A stretch of 64,000 nt of DNA, taken from positions 12,038-76,037 of the forward strand of contig JBCCQQ010000027.1 of the NCBI GenBank assembly GCA_039024555.1. Reading direction: 5' to 3'. This document shows positions 1 through 10,000 of the stretch, piece by piece (position 1 is the stretch's first letter; each line of letters begins with the position of its first letter). The translations under genes were made by a program, and so were the position numbers. Under the pieces are notes generated by a model. The model searched no databases, was not told the origin of the DNA, and worked only from the letters and a program-made list of their open reading frames with translations. Origin of the DNA: Cyanobacteria bacterium P01_D01_bin.156 (GTDB lineage Bacteria; Cyanobacteriota; Cyanobacteriia; Phormidesmidales; Phormidesmidaceae).

Positions 1-26
1 TACCGACATTATTCCTACATGTATCT

Positions 27-926
27 ATGTCCGATGGTTTTCTTAACCTCCATAAACCCGCCGGATGGACATCCCACGACTGTGTTGCCAAGCTACGGCG
101 ACTCCTTAAAACTAAAAAAATTGGTCACGCAGGCACCCTAGACCCAGCCGCAACAGGAGTACTTCCAGTTGCCGTAGGACGAGCCACACGGCTACTACAA
201 TATCTTCCTGGTGACAAGGCTTATCGCGCTGTTATTCAACTAGGCACTACAACCGACACAGACGATCTCGATGGCACAGTTTTAACCCAAACATCAACAG
301 CTCACATCACCCAAGCAGATGTAACAGAGCAGCTTTCACATTTTCAAGGAATTATTCAACAAATTCCGCCTATGTACAGCGCTATCCATGTCAATGGACA
401 GCGGCTGTATGACTTAGCCCGTCAAGGTGAAACAGTTGATGTACCAAGCCGACAAGTCACAGTCCACAGTATTGACCTAGTGAACTGGCAAGCGGGAGAA
501 GTTGCCCAGATCACCCTAAACATCGCCTGTGGGGCCGGTACCTATATTCGTTCAATCGCCCGAGATTTAGGTCAACGCCTCGGTGTAGGGGGCACTCTAG
601 CCACACTGATTAGAACCCAAAGTAGTGGTTTTACCTTAGACACCAGTATCACTTTCGAAACATTGGCAGAGCAGCCAAATACAGTTGAACTTATTGCCCC
701 CGCAGTAGCCATGGAGCACTTGCCAAACATCGTTTTAGCAACCGATGCGGGGCGTCGCTGGTGCCTGGGCCAACGACTGCCCATTGAGCCAACCATTACC
801 CTAGAACAACCGATACGTGTAGCTACTGAAACCTTCGCCTTGCTAGGGATTGGTTTATTTATGATGAAAGATAACCAACCTTACCTGGTGCCCAAAATGG
901 TGTGGGCATCTCCGACCCTTGAATAG
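27..926 (+). CDS. truB: tRNA pseudouridine(55) synthase TruB
   Basis: Motifs KPAGWTSHD, GHAGTLDPAATGVL, QIPPMYSA, CGAGTYIRSIARDLG. Confidence 0.96.
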   Translation: MSDGFLNLHKPAGWTSHDCVAKLRRLLKTKKIGHAGTLDPAATGVLPVAVGRATRLLQYLPGDKAYRAVIQLGTTTDTDDLDGTVLTQTSTAHITQADVTEQLSHFQGIIQQIPPMYSAIHVNGQRLYDLARQGETVDVPSRQVTVHSIDLVNWQAGEVAQITLNIACGAGTYIRSIARDLGQRLGVGGTLATLIRTQSSGFTLDTSITFETLAEQPNTVELIAPAVAMEHLPNIVLATDAGRRWCLGQRLPIEPTITLEQPIRVATETFALLGIGLFMMKDNQPYLVPKMVWASPTLE

Positions 927-1101
927 GGGATACATGTATTTCCTTGGGAAAACTGTGAATTACTCAAAAAATTACGGGTTCTTAAAGCAGAATATAAGAT
1001 ATTGGTATTAAGGAACCTACCGACAATCTAGGTTAATTTTATTCATTACTATGCTCCCGTGATTTTTAGCGACTCCTATTGTTCACTGGATTAGAACATT
1101 C

Positions 1102-2340
1102 ATGATTAACCAGGGTTTCTCCTCCTCGCTCAAGCATTTTCAGAGGGACGAGATGATATTTGCAGAAGGAGATCCTGGCGAATGGGCTTACATTATCGAA
1201 TCTGGCCGTGTAGAAGTCGCCGTTAGTGTTAATGGCCACCCCTATCCATTAGGTATTTTGACCAGAGGAGATGTATTGGGGTAAATGGCTGTTATGGATA
1301 CAGCACCTCGTTCAGCCTCTGCAAAAGCTCTTGAAGAAACCGTCTGTGTCGCTATTCCCAGTCGTCAGATTTCAGAACGATTGGAAGAAGCCGATCCTGT
1401 CATCAAGCTATTAGTCAACACCTTACTGCATCGTATTCGCAACAATATTACCCAAGTTAATTCATCCCCTCAGATACGTATTCCCTCGAAACTTTGTCAA
1501 GCCCTCTCTAAACGGGCGCTGGACAAAATACGCATGGAGTCAGAACTACGGGGGGCGCTTAATAATCAACAACTACGGCCCCATTATCAACCTTTAGTCA
1601 ATATTCAAACTCGCGAAATCCTAGGATTTGAAGCCCTAATTCGCTGGTTTAGTCCTACACGTGGAGAAGTATCCCCTGGAGAATTTACCAGCCTTGCTGA
1701 AGAAACATCGTTAATTATCCCCATTGGACAACAAACGATTCAACAGGCCTGCCGCGATTTAGGGCAATTTCAAACACGTTACTCCAGGGGCAACCTGTCT
1801 ATGAGCATTAACGTTGCCCCTCGTCAGATGGCAGAGGCTCACTTTTTAAGAGATCTTCAGACCATTACTGATCGGTATGGTCTACAGGCATCTCAAATCA
1901 AATTAGAAGTAACAGAGCGGGTTTTTATGGGCAATCCGATTGCCTTAGAAATGTTGAAAAGCTGCCGTCAGGCCGGTTTTCAGATTTTTCTAGACGATTT
2001 TGGCACCGGATTCTCTAGCTTAAATTACCTGACTCGGTTTGAAGTCGATGGGTTCAAGGTCGATCGGGCTTTTGTGCAAGAATTACTCACCAATCGGCGC
2101 ACGCAAATATTATTAGAAAGTATGTTAGCCATGGCCCATGGACTAAAGATACAGACAGTTGTAGAAGGCATTGAGACAGAACAACAACTCACGGTTCTGC
2201 AAGCATCTGGATGTGATATGGGTCAGGGGTATTTATTTGGTAGACCGTTACCGTTTAGTGCAACACAACAACTTCTAACAAGCAGCCTAATTGCCATCGG
2301 TAGTTTAGAAGATGAAACTTCGGTTGAACACGCTACCTGA
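1102..2340 (+). pseudogene. cNMP-binding domain + EAL phosphodiesterase, interrupted by one in-frame stop (TAA 1282-1284); possible pseudogene, split gene or sequencing error
   Basis: ORFs 1102-1284 and 1285-2340 are in the same frame and together read IFAEGDPGEWAYIIESGRVEV...GDVLG*MAVMDTAPRSASAKALE, a cNMP fold whose G-E-M-A motif has E replaced by the stop. EAL motifs FEALIRW, LDDFGTGFSSL, VEGIET, QGYLFGRP are intact. Confidence 0.8.
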
Positions 2341-2390
2341 GCATTGCTTTCTGAATACAAGCCTCATCATCATTAAGCCCAAGCACTATC

Positions 2391-4574
2391 CTAAAGCCCA
2401 ATCAGTTGGTAGCGACTAGCATCCTGGATCAGCAACACAGCAGACTGATTAGGACTTTTTGAGGTAAAGCCTAATAGTGATTGTGTCTGGTTGACATCGC
2501 TGTAAAGCAAGTCACCTGTACTAGATAGAATCAGAGTCTTTCCAGAGGTCAGATTTAGCTCTTGAGGAACGTCATTGCCAATAGAAAAGAGATGTTCTTC
2601 CGCCGAGTCTCCTACTAGATCACGGCTAGCATAGAGCAAATGTGAAAACAACTGCATGGTTTGTTCAGGCGTTAGCGCTAGATGATTGCCAAGGGCTTCT
2701 AACATCAAAGCTTCAGAACTGGATTGAGCAACTTCCTGATGATTGACATTATCAGAACCATTAGAACTGGAGATAGTTGTTGATAGGTTAGGCGTCGGTA
2801 ACCATCGCCAGGGTAATAGGGCCATCCATTGCCAATCATTACCGACAGTGGTGAGTAAGGGTAGTCCTTCAACCTTGGGACCAATACCCAGGAGGGTAAG
2901 CTGAGTGCCATTTTCCTTGACCCCATGAATGGCAAGACTTCCTATGGGTTGATTGCCTTTAAAAAGTTGTAACTGACGACGTAAGGAAAGAGATTCAGCC
3001 CAAAAGTTAGCAGCTGTGGTGCCCCTCAGAGGTGTCTGCCAACCTGACGGATCTTGCAACTGATGTATTTGGATGTGATACCAAGTTTGACCGGGTACTG
3101 GCGTCGGGAGAGTTTGCGATCGCAGCCAGCCATCCCCAACCGCTGCCACTGCCGTCGCTTCACCCACCAGACTCAGATAGCGCCCGGTACCAGCAGAGAC
3201 CTCTTCAACTGCCACAGTGGCTTTAGGTGCCTGTGGTGGCAAAACATCGGCCACGGATATTTGACTCTGGCCCACGGCCTGCAACCTTTCTAAGGTTTTC
3301 TGAGTATGGGGTCTCTCTTTAAGCCAATCTGCTCCAGCCTCAGAAGTTTGTCTCGCCGTCACTAACAGTGCTCCCCAAATTTGGGCAGCAGAGTCTTTAG
3401 GATGCACTTGTAGATGTATAGTCACCTGTCGCCATAGGGGCTCAAAGTCTTTTTCTAGATGATTGAGAATACTCTGATAGATCTCTGGATGGCTTTCTAG
3501 CCTTGCGAGCGCGTCTTCCCACTGCCCATCAATCAGGTAGGTCCAAATATGCTGTTGCTGATTTGACCAAGTTTGTTCTGTTTGAGCCTTGGTCTGTAAC
3601 GCGTGAAATCGAATTAGCCTCAGTTGAAACTCAGCTTCCGGCAACCAGCGCTCAGCCAAAGCCACTTTAGCCGATTCCATCATTTGCAGACTGTGGGACC
3701 ATACAGCCCCCTGAGCCAGCTGCAAAGCTTTGGTGTAAAGAGATGTCTCTAACTCTGTATCATAGGCAGAACGATAGACCGATAATTCCTTTAACTGCGG
3801 CGGATCGTTCGGAACCAATTGATGGACTAAAAAATTGGGTCGCAAACCAACGGTTTGATCAATCACAAACAAACTGGCTGTTTGATCTCGATACCACTGC
3901 AGAGGCTGTTCCACCGGACTGGACCACTTAAGCACCTGATGCAGACGATGAGCACTGGTCTGATAACTCAAAATCTGCCCATATCGCATCACCGTATTGC
4001 CATAGCGACGTTGCCCTTCCAGTAGTAGCCACGGAACTGTCGTCGATACACCTGGAATTAAGCTCACAGAGGATACGTTAGCGTCACTATCAATGCTAGT
4101 TACCTGGGCAGCCGTGCCGACCAATGGTGTAGTGACAAACGATTCTCGCATTGGGCGAATCGTCACTTGATCCATCCGCTGTAGCTGCTGGCCGCGAACA
4201 CGATAGACCCATAGTTCTCGAATAGCCTGATCGTCATCAAGCAATGGATAAAACCAGGCGGTGGGCTTTGTAGGATTAGGCCAGGCTAAAGGAGACGCTG
4301 TCGTTAGGTTTTGCGACCTTAGCTCTGCTTGAATTTCGTCAATCGTCTGGGGAGGAGCCTCAAAACTCGTTGTCAGACTGGGGAATACCTGCTTTAACCA
4401 ATTGGGGCTATAGGGATCCACAATCAGCTTAGCCCCAGACAAAATAACAGCCACTAACAATACACTGCCGCCAGCTATGGTAAACCAACTGATCCAGGAC
4501 CAGGGCATACGTCCCGTTGGGCTGACCAGCAGTTTAACTTGAGCATTGGGCGGATTCGATTTACTCAGTCCCAT
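2391..4574 (-). CDS. Hypothetical protein with N-terminal membrane anchor and central helical region
   Basis: 727-aa ORF with hydrophobic segment WFTIAGGSVLLVAVILSG; no catalytic motif recognised. Confidence 0.7.
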   Translation of the reverse strand: MGLSKSNPPNAQVKLLVSPTGRMPWSWISWFTIAGGSVLLVAVILSGAKLIVDPYSPNWLKQVFPSLTTSFEAPPQTIDEIQAELRSQNLTTASPLAWPNPTKPTAWFYPLLDDDQAIRELWVYRVRGQQLQRMDQVTIRPMRESFVTTPLVGTAAQVTSIDSDANVSSVSLIPGVSTTVPWLLLEGQRRYGNTVMRYGQILSYQTSAHRLHQVLKWSSPVEQPLQWYRDQTASLFVIDQTVGLRPNFLVHQLVPNDPPQLKELSVYRSAYDTELETSLYTKALQLAQGAVWSHSLQMMESAKVALAERWLPEAEFQLRLIRFHALQTKAQTEQTWSNQQQHIWTYLIDGQWEDALARLESHPEIYQSILNHLEKDFEPLWRQVTIHLQVHPKDSAAQIWGALLVTARQTSEAGADWLKERPHTQKTLERLQAVGQSQISVADVLPPQAPKATVAVEEVSAGTGRYLSLVGEATAVAAVGDGWLRSQTLPTPVPGQTWYHIQIHQLQDPSGWQTPLRGTTAANFWAESLSLRRQLQLFKGNQPIGSLAIHGVKENGTQLTLLGIGPKVEGLPLLTTVGNDWQWMALLPWRWLPTPNLSTTISSSNGSDNVNHQEVAQSSSEALMLEALGNHLALTPEQTMQLFSHLLYASRDLVGDSAEEHLFSIGNDVPQELNLTSGKTLILSSTGDLLYSDVNQTQSLLGFTSKSPNQSAVLLIQDASRYQLIGL

Positions 4575-4604
4575 GGAACCGATGGACCGTTAAATACATA
4601 TTGT

Positions 4605-5828
4605 CTAGGAGGATAGCACCTGGGCGTATTTTTGCCCGAGACTCTCCCAGTTAAATTCAGCTTCAATCATTTGCCGCGCATTTTTGGAAAGGGTGTGGCG
4701 CAGCTCAACATCTTCAAACAGTCGGCCAATTGCCTTCACATAGTCCTCCGGTTGGTTAGCTCGCAGTGCTCTTAGGGGCACATCTTGGCTGTCCACATCC
4801 ATGCCTTCAAGACCGCGATCGCTACCGACAACGGGTACCCCAACTGCCATGGATTCGAGGGTTTTAGTTTTAATACCAATACCAGCCCGTAGAGGAACCA
4901 CACTCACCGTTGACTGCTGCAGGCAAGCCGTAATCGACGGGACTCGTCCTGTTACAGTCACCCCTGAGATCTGATCCAGAGCTTTTACAGCTGGGACAGG
5001 CCGGGTACCCACCAAACTCAAGGTAGCCTCCGGATAACGCTGCTTCACCAAGGGAAAAATTTCCCGCGCCAGATAACAGGCCGCATCAATATTATGGGAA
5101 GAATCCATCGCCCCAATAAAGATAAGCGCATGGCCTCCAGGATCATCACTGCGATAGGGAGAAGTCTCTAAATCCACCCCCGTGGAAACAATGTGAAGCG
5201 GTGCATCCGGCATCAATCGTTGGATATGGGCACGATCGTGGGGGGTGGTTACCACCAAGTGCGTGAATTTGGCACAGTAGCGCTTTTCATAACGAGCCAG
5301 CATCGGCAGATACAGCCGATCGCGCATGGGATTTTCCGACGCCCCAGCTTCCAAATGATCTAACACCCAACCATAAACAGAGCTGTGAATATCTGCGATT
5401 GTTTTCACCCGTTCGCGAAACCTGGGGTGAACATACATTTCATTGACACCATGTTCACAAACCACTGCATCATAGTTGCCAGTATCCACCTGCTGGTTCA
5501 CCCAGGCATAGACCTCAGGCGAGAACCGAAAGGTCACGCTGGGGGGGGTAGCTGTAATAAAAAACTGCGCAAATCTTAGGGCCTGCTTGAGGGGGTTACG
5601 ATCCTGCTTTGCAGTGTGGCCAGCCGGTAGCGGGAAGGTTTTAACCTCCTTGACCCATTGCTTTAGTATGTGAATATTGTCTGCTGTGGCATTAGGCGTT
5701 TCATGGGCCGCCAATGTGATGTCATGCAGGGGGCCAATTTGTCGAAGCAGATTAAAGGTACGCACCTCGGCAGCACCATGGCTTGGGGGATAGGGGAAGG
5801 TATTTAGGGAAAGAACAAGCAGGCGCAT
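4605..5828 (-). CDS. Glycosyltransferase family 4 (GT-B)
   Basis: FPYPPSHGA, LIFIGAMD, VPLRAGIGIKTKTLESMAVGVPVV motifs. Confidence 0.9.
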   Translation of the reverse strand: MRLLVLSLNTFPYPPSHGAAEVRTFNLLRQIGPLHDITLAAHETPNATADNIHILKQWVKEVKTFPLPAGHTAKQDRNPLKQALRFAQFFITATPPSVTFRFSPEVYAWVNQQVDTGNYDAVVCEHGVNEMYVHPRFRERVKTIADIHSSVYGWVLDHLEAGASENPMRDRLYLPMLARYEKRYCAKFTHLVVTTPHDRAHIQRLMPDAPLHIVSTGVDLETSPYRSDDPGGHALIFIGAMDSSHNIDAACYLAREIFPLVKQRYPEATLSLVGTRPVPAVKALDQISGVTVTGRVPSITACLQQSTVSVVPLRAGIGIKTKTLESMAVGVPVVGSDRGLEGMDVDSQDVPLRALRANQPEDYVKAIGRLFEDVELRHTLSKNARQMIEAEFNWESLGQKYAQVLSS

Positions 5829-6003
5829 TGGATAGTTAGGGATTTCGTTACTGAGTAATCGTTGGTCATACCTGCCCTAAATTGTTAATCTCATGGGCAT
5901 TACTAATCTTCGAGATGGACTTGGATATCAAACTCTGCCTGTAAAAAGACCTGGCAGCTCTTTTCATTCCAAACATCAGTGTCGACATGCCTGTTGTGAG
6001 GCA

Positions 6004-7005
6004 TTATTCAACATCTTCTAGCCAGGCAATTTCATCTGCCTTTTCTGGCAGTCGCGATTCTCGCTGACCCAGGGTACGGGCACGAAAGCAATAGAGGCTG
6101 ATGGGGGTCATCGCTAAATCAATCAAGTCAGCCTTTCCCAACAGCAATTGCCATACCCTGATGGGTAATTCCTTGATTAGCCAACGAGCGATTGAATACT
6201 GCATCTCATATGACCTGAGAGTACGGCTTAGCCTCACCCCGTGGATTTGGTGTAAATAGCGGTTAGACCGGCCATAGCGATACCATTGTTTATAGAGTTC
6301 CTTAAGAGTGGTGCGATGATGATGCTGCACAGTTGCCGTTTCGGTATAGTGCAACTGCCAGTCACCATCACGCTGTAGCCGCCAGCAAATATCAGCATCC
6401 CCGCCTGTGGTCATATAGGGACGAAACAATCCGATTTTTTCTAGGGCACAGGCACGAATAGCAATGTTGGCCGTCTGGCCATAGGGACAAAATGGATGAG
6501 CCAGGGTAGCCTGCTGAGACATAATGTCTTTGCGTTCAGCGTACTGTTCTAGCCAAGTAAGACCTGGTAAAGCCTTGATTTCGCCAACACACAGACCCAC
6601 AGCAGTATCCTGAAATCCCTGGACTAGATTTTCCAGCCAGGTGCTAGCGGGGTAGCAGTCAGCATCGGTAAAGGCTAATATCTCTCCTTTAGCAGCACGA
6701 ATACCGGTATTACGGGCAGCATAGGCACTTTGAATCTGGGTTTCTTGCAAATACTGAAAGGTGAGCCCAGCTGCTTTGGCTCGGCTCACAGCTTCTTTTA
6801 GAAGATGGGGGGTGCGATCGCAGCTACCATTATCCACAAGCAAATATTCCACCTGATCCGCTGGGTAGGTTTGCTCAAGTAAGCACCTAATTAGCCCCGG
6901 CAAATCAGTTTCACCGTTATAAATAGGCACAACTACCGAAACCGTTGGGAAAAATTTGGTAGATATGGCAGGCGTCTCGTCGGCAACCATAAAAGCTTGG
7001 GGCAT
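6004..7005 (-). CDS. Glycosyltransferase family 2
   Basis: VSVVVPIYN, LVDNGSCD, AARNTG, AFTDADC, GGDAD, QWYRYG. Confidence 0.9.
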   Translation of the reverse strand: MPQAFMVADETPAISTKFFPTVSVVVPIYNGETDLPGLIRCLLEQTYPADQVEYLLVDNGSCDRTPHLLKEAVSRAKAAGLTFQYLQETQIQSAYAARNTGIRAAKGEILAFTDADCYPASTWLENLVQGFQDTAVGLCVGEIKALPGLTWLEQYAERKDIMSQQATLAHPFCPYGQTANIAIRACALEKIGLFRPYMTTGGDADICWRLQRDGDWQLHYTETATVQHHHRTTLKELYKQWYRYGRSNRYLHQIHGVRLSRTLRSYEMQYSIARWLIKELPIRVWQLLLGKADLIDLAMTPISLYCFRARTLGQRESRLPEKADEIAWLEDVE

Positions 7006-7366
7006 CGATTCTCAACTCAATCTACAGCTACAGGTAGTTTTGACTTCAATCCGTCGAGAATAAACAGACATATGTTTCTGCAAACTATGGTTCCCGACTC
7101 AAGGTTCAATCCTTACGCAGCATTGACAGACTGCTTTAACTCAGGAACATTAATTTTTACAGCTCATATCAAGTCAACCTATGCCGCGCTCAGGATCTTC
7201 ACTGAATACCGATTAATATTCACCAGAATTACTATTGAGTTTGAACAACACAGCTGTTCCTCCACAAGAAAAGGTCACCCAAACGGCAACTATCCCAAAA
7301 ATCTAAGTTCTTATTGTCTAGCAGACTCTAAAAACCCTTCTGCACCCATCAACTCAAATTACTATT

Positions 7367-8359
7367 GTGCCTAATATTAGTATTTGCATCCCCACATACA
7401 ATCGGGCTCAAATTTTGCCCTACGCAGTTCAAAGCGTTCTAGCTCAAACCTACAAAAACTTTGAACTGATCATTTGTGACGATGCTTCCCCTGACAATAC
7501 CCCAGAGGTGGTTGCTCAATGGCAGGATCCACGCATTCGGTATATTCGTCATCCACACAATATTCAACGCAGCCGTAACATGCGGTCCGGGTACGAAGCG
7601 GCTCAGGGCAAATATTTTATTAAATTTGATGATGATGACGCCCTGACACCCACTTTTTTGGAACGCACAGTGGCTGTAATGGAAGCTCAGCCAAATATAG
7701 ATTTTGTCTGTACCGATCACTGGGTCATTAATGCCCGTAATCAGAGGGACACAGTAGCCACAGCAGCCAACTCAGCCAAATGGGGTAAAAATAACTTATC
7801 CGAGGACATTATTCATGATCTGCTCAAGGAAACCTTTGTCCATCAGAGTTTACAGGTGGGGTCCACATTATTTCGCAGGAATTGCCTGAAAGCAGTAGAC
7901 TTTATGCGATTTGAAGCCGATGGTTGCGAAGACTTTGATTTGTTAGTGCGACTGGCACTAGTCGGCAAAACGGGATACTTTGTTCCGGAACGACTAATGG
8001 AATATCGGTTCCACGGTGGTCAAACCAGCCTAAAGCAAGACATACATTTTTTATCTGCCAAGATTTTTTGCTTAGAGAGCTATCAATTTCCTGAGCGGCC
8101 AGCACTAGAGTCAATTCGCCACTCAAAGTTGAATGAATTAAAGCAAGTACTCGCGATGCGCCTGATCGAAAAAGGCGAGTCTCAGCGGGGGCGATTGTTA
8201 ATTGAGGAGTTAGCCCAAAAAGGGGCATTATCATCTAAGGCCAAAATAGGGCGTATTTTGGCCTATTTACCCTTAAGCTGGCGAAAATTAGCATTTCAAG
8301 GGTTTCGGCAACTGCGACCTCAAGACTATAGCGAGCGGGTCCGTAATGCAGCAGGCTGA
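7367..8359 (+). CDS. Glycosyltransferase family 2
   Basis: ISICIPTYNR, ICDDASPD, FDDDD, EDFDL; GTG start. Confidence 0.9.
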   Translation: MPNISICIPTYNRAQILPYAVQSVLAQTYKNFELIICDDASPDNTPEVVAQWQDPRIRYIRHPHNIQRSRNMRSGYEAAQGKYFIKFDDDDALTPTFLERTVAVMEAQPNIDFVCTDHWVINARNQRDTVATAANSAKWGKNNLSEDIIHDLLKETFVHQSLQVGSTLFRRNCLKAVDFMRFEADGCEDFDLLVRLALVGKTGYFVPERLMEYRFHGGQTSLKQDIHFLSAKIFCLESYQFPERPALESIRHSKLNELKQVLAMRLIEKGESQRGRLLIEELAQKGALSSKAKIGRILAYLPLSWRKLAFQGFRQLRPQDYSERVRNAAG

Positions 8360-9305
8360 TCGTTATAGTTTGCCCATGATTGCTGCTCTGGGGATAGCAC
8401 TGACTATGCCTCAATGCACAATAAGCTCTAGCCTTGAACCGCAGGAGCCTATTTCTAATCTGAAAACATTGCCAAGTCTCACTCAGCCTAGCTTCGAGCA
8501 ACAAGCCTGGCCCAATGAAGTCCAACCAGTTGCCCAAATTTATATAGTCACCATTCCGCCCGGTCATCCCATTGATGTGGCCGCTAGCACAGACCTGCAA
8601 ACCGTAGAAGAGTTTGCAGCTGAACACAATGCATTAGCTGTGATCAATGGAGGTTTTTTTGACCCAAACAATGGACAAACCACATCTTTTGTGATGATTA
8701 ATGGCGCACTGGTGGCAGACCCACGGGAAAACAAACGACTCATAAACAATCCGGCTCTAGATGCCTACATAGATAAAATTCTGAATCGATCTGAATTTCG
8801 CCGTTACCAATGTGGGGATGACATTCACTACGACATCACCTTTCACAATGCTGCGTTGCCAGATAACTGTATTCTCCATAGCGCCTTGGGTGCTGGTCCC
8901 CAGCTACTACCGACCGATACGTCGCAGACAGAAGGATTTACCGATTATGCCGACGGTCATCTAACTCGGGATGCCATTGGTAGCCAACAACCAAACGCCC
9001 GTAGTGCCGTCGGCATTAAAGAAGACGGCACCGTGGTCTGGGTTATGGTGGCTCAAGCTGATGCAACAGGAGGCATGACGTTAGGCGAATTAGCAGAGTT
9101 TATGGCTAAATTAAACGTTCAACAGGCCCTGAATCTAGATGGGGGCAGTTCCTCTTCCCTAAACGTGGACCAACAGTTGAACAGCAGCGCAGCATCTTCT
9201 ACAACAGTCTCAACTACTAGAGCCCCCTCAACTTATCCATCCCTCAATTCGCGTCCAGTAAAATCCGTTTTGCTATTGCCCCAACAGTCAATTCCTAAAA
9301 ACTAA
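8346..9305 (+). CDS. Phosphodiester glycosidase (NAGPA-like) family protein
   Basis: INGGFFD, GAGPQLL, ARSAVG, ALNLDGGSSS motifs; signal-like N-terminus; 14-nt overlap with upstream GT2. Confidence 0.88.
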   Translation: MQQADRYSLPMIAALGIALTMPQCTISSSLEPQEPISNLKTLPSLTQPSFEQQAWPNEVQPVAQIYIVTIPPGHPIDVAASTDLQTVEEFAAEHNALAVINGGFFDPNNGQTTSFVMINGALVADPRENKRLINNPALDAYIDKILNRSEFRRYQCGDDIHYDITFHNAALPDNCILHSALGAGPQLLPTDTSQTEGFTDYADGHLTRDAIGSQQPNARSAVGIKEDGTVVWVMVAQADATGGMTLGELAEFMAKLNVQQALNLDGGSSSSLNVDQQLNSSAASSTTVSTTRAPSTYPSLNSRPVKSVLLLPQQSIPKN

Positions 9306-9343
9306 ACTCCCTAGAAACGGTTAAGTCCCTAGGGAGTTTAGTT
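9300..9343. terminator. Hairpin between convergent genes
   Basis: 15-bp perfect inverted repeat AACTAAACTCCCTAG / CTAGGGAGTTTAGTT. Confidence 0.7.
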
Positions 9344-9418
9344 ACATCGATACACTGCGACATTAAGAACCAAGGTTCAATAGATTCAATCAGACTGAAC
9401 CTGATTCAAGTCTTTCAA

Positions 9419-9733
9419 CTAAGACGCCTTATCTTGGGGCCAAACTAAACCAAGCTGTTCTGGAGATTCAAGAGGTTGTACCCATAGAGTTGTACCTTGA
9501 CGGCCTACAACTTTAACATTTTCACCAATAGCGATGATGCGATCTCTGTTCGAACAGGCAAACCAATAAACGCCACAGAGACGAATACGCCCCTTTTTCC
9601 CAATACGGATAGGCGTTTCAACAACACCAATGCTTTCCAAATAACTCATCACGTTTGAAGATGGAGATGCATGCTTAGTAATGAGACAGTCTAAATCCAA
9701 AGACTTCTTCAGTAATGATTTCTTGAAATTCAT
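9419..9733 (-). CDS. NfeD-like C-terminal (OB-fold) domain protein
   Basis: GRIRLCGVYWFAC...IAIGENVKVVGRQGTTLWVQP matches the NfeD C-terminal pattern; no transmembrane segment. Confidence 0.75.
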   Translation of the reverse strand: MNFKKSLLKKSLDLDCLITKHASPSSNVMSYLESIGVVETPIRIGKKGRIRLCGVYWFACSNRDRIIAIGENVKVVGRQGTTLWVQPLESPEQLGLVWPQDKAS

Positions 9734-10000
9734 AAGACTGAAAAATCAACAATGCATTAAGTATGTCAATCAAAAGGCTTACTGAATTACCACCTTTTGA
9801 AGGTATTTATCTGACATCTATAAGAGTTTGCTTACAGAAGTAAGAACAAAGTATTGAAGCCCTTGAAAACTCGAAAAAGCAAAGCGTATACCGATCAACA
9901 GGAATCTCAATTGGTTGAATAGCAATTGTCGCTATTTTTGCCTAAACCTATAAATCCCTTCAATACAAAAGTCTCTAGATATGGTTTATAACAAGTTAGA

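Noticed and set aside
6997..7374. 125-aa ORF spanning the divergent GT2 intergenic region
   Set aside because: TTG start, overlaps both neighbours, no recognisable motif; most likely promoter DNA.
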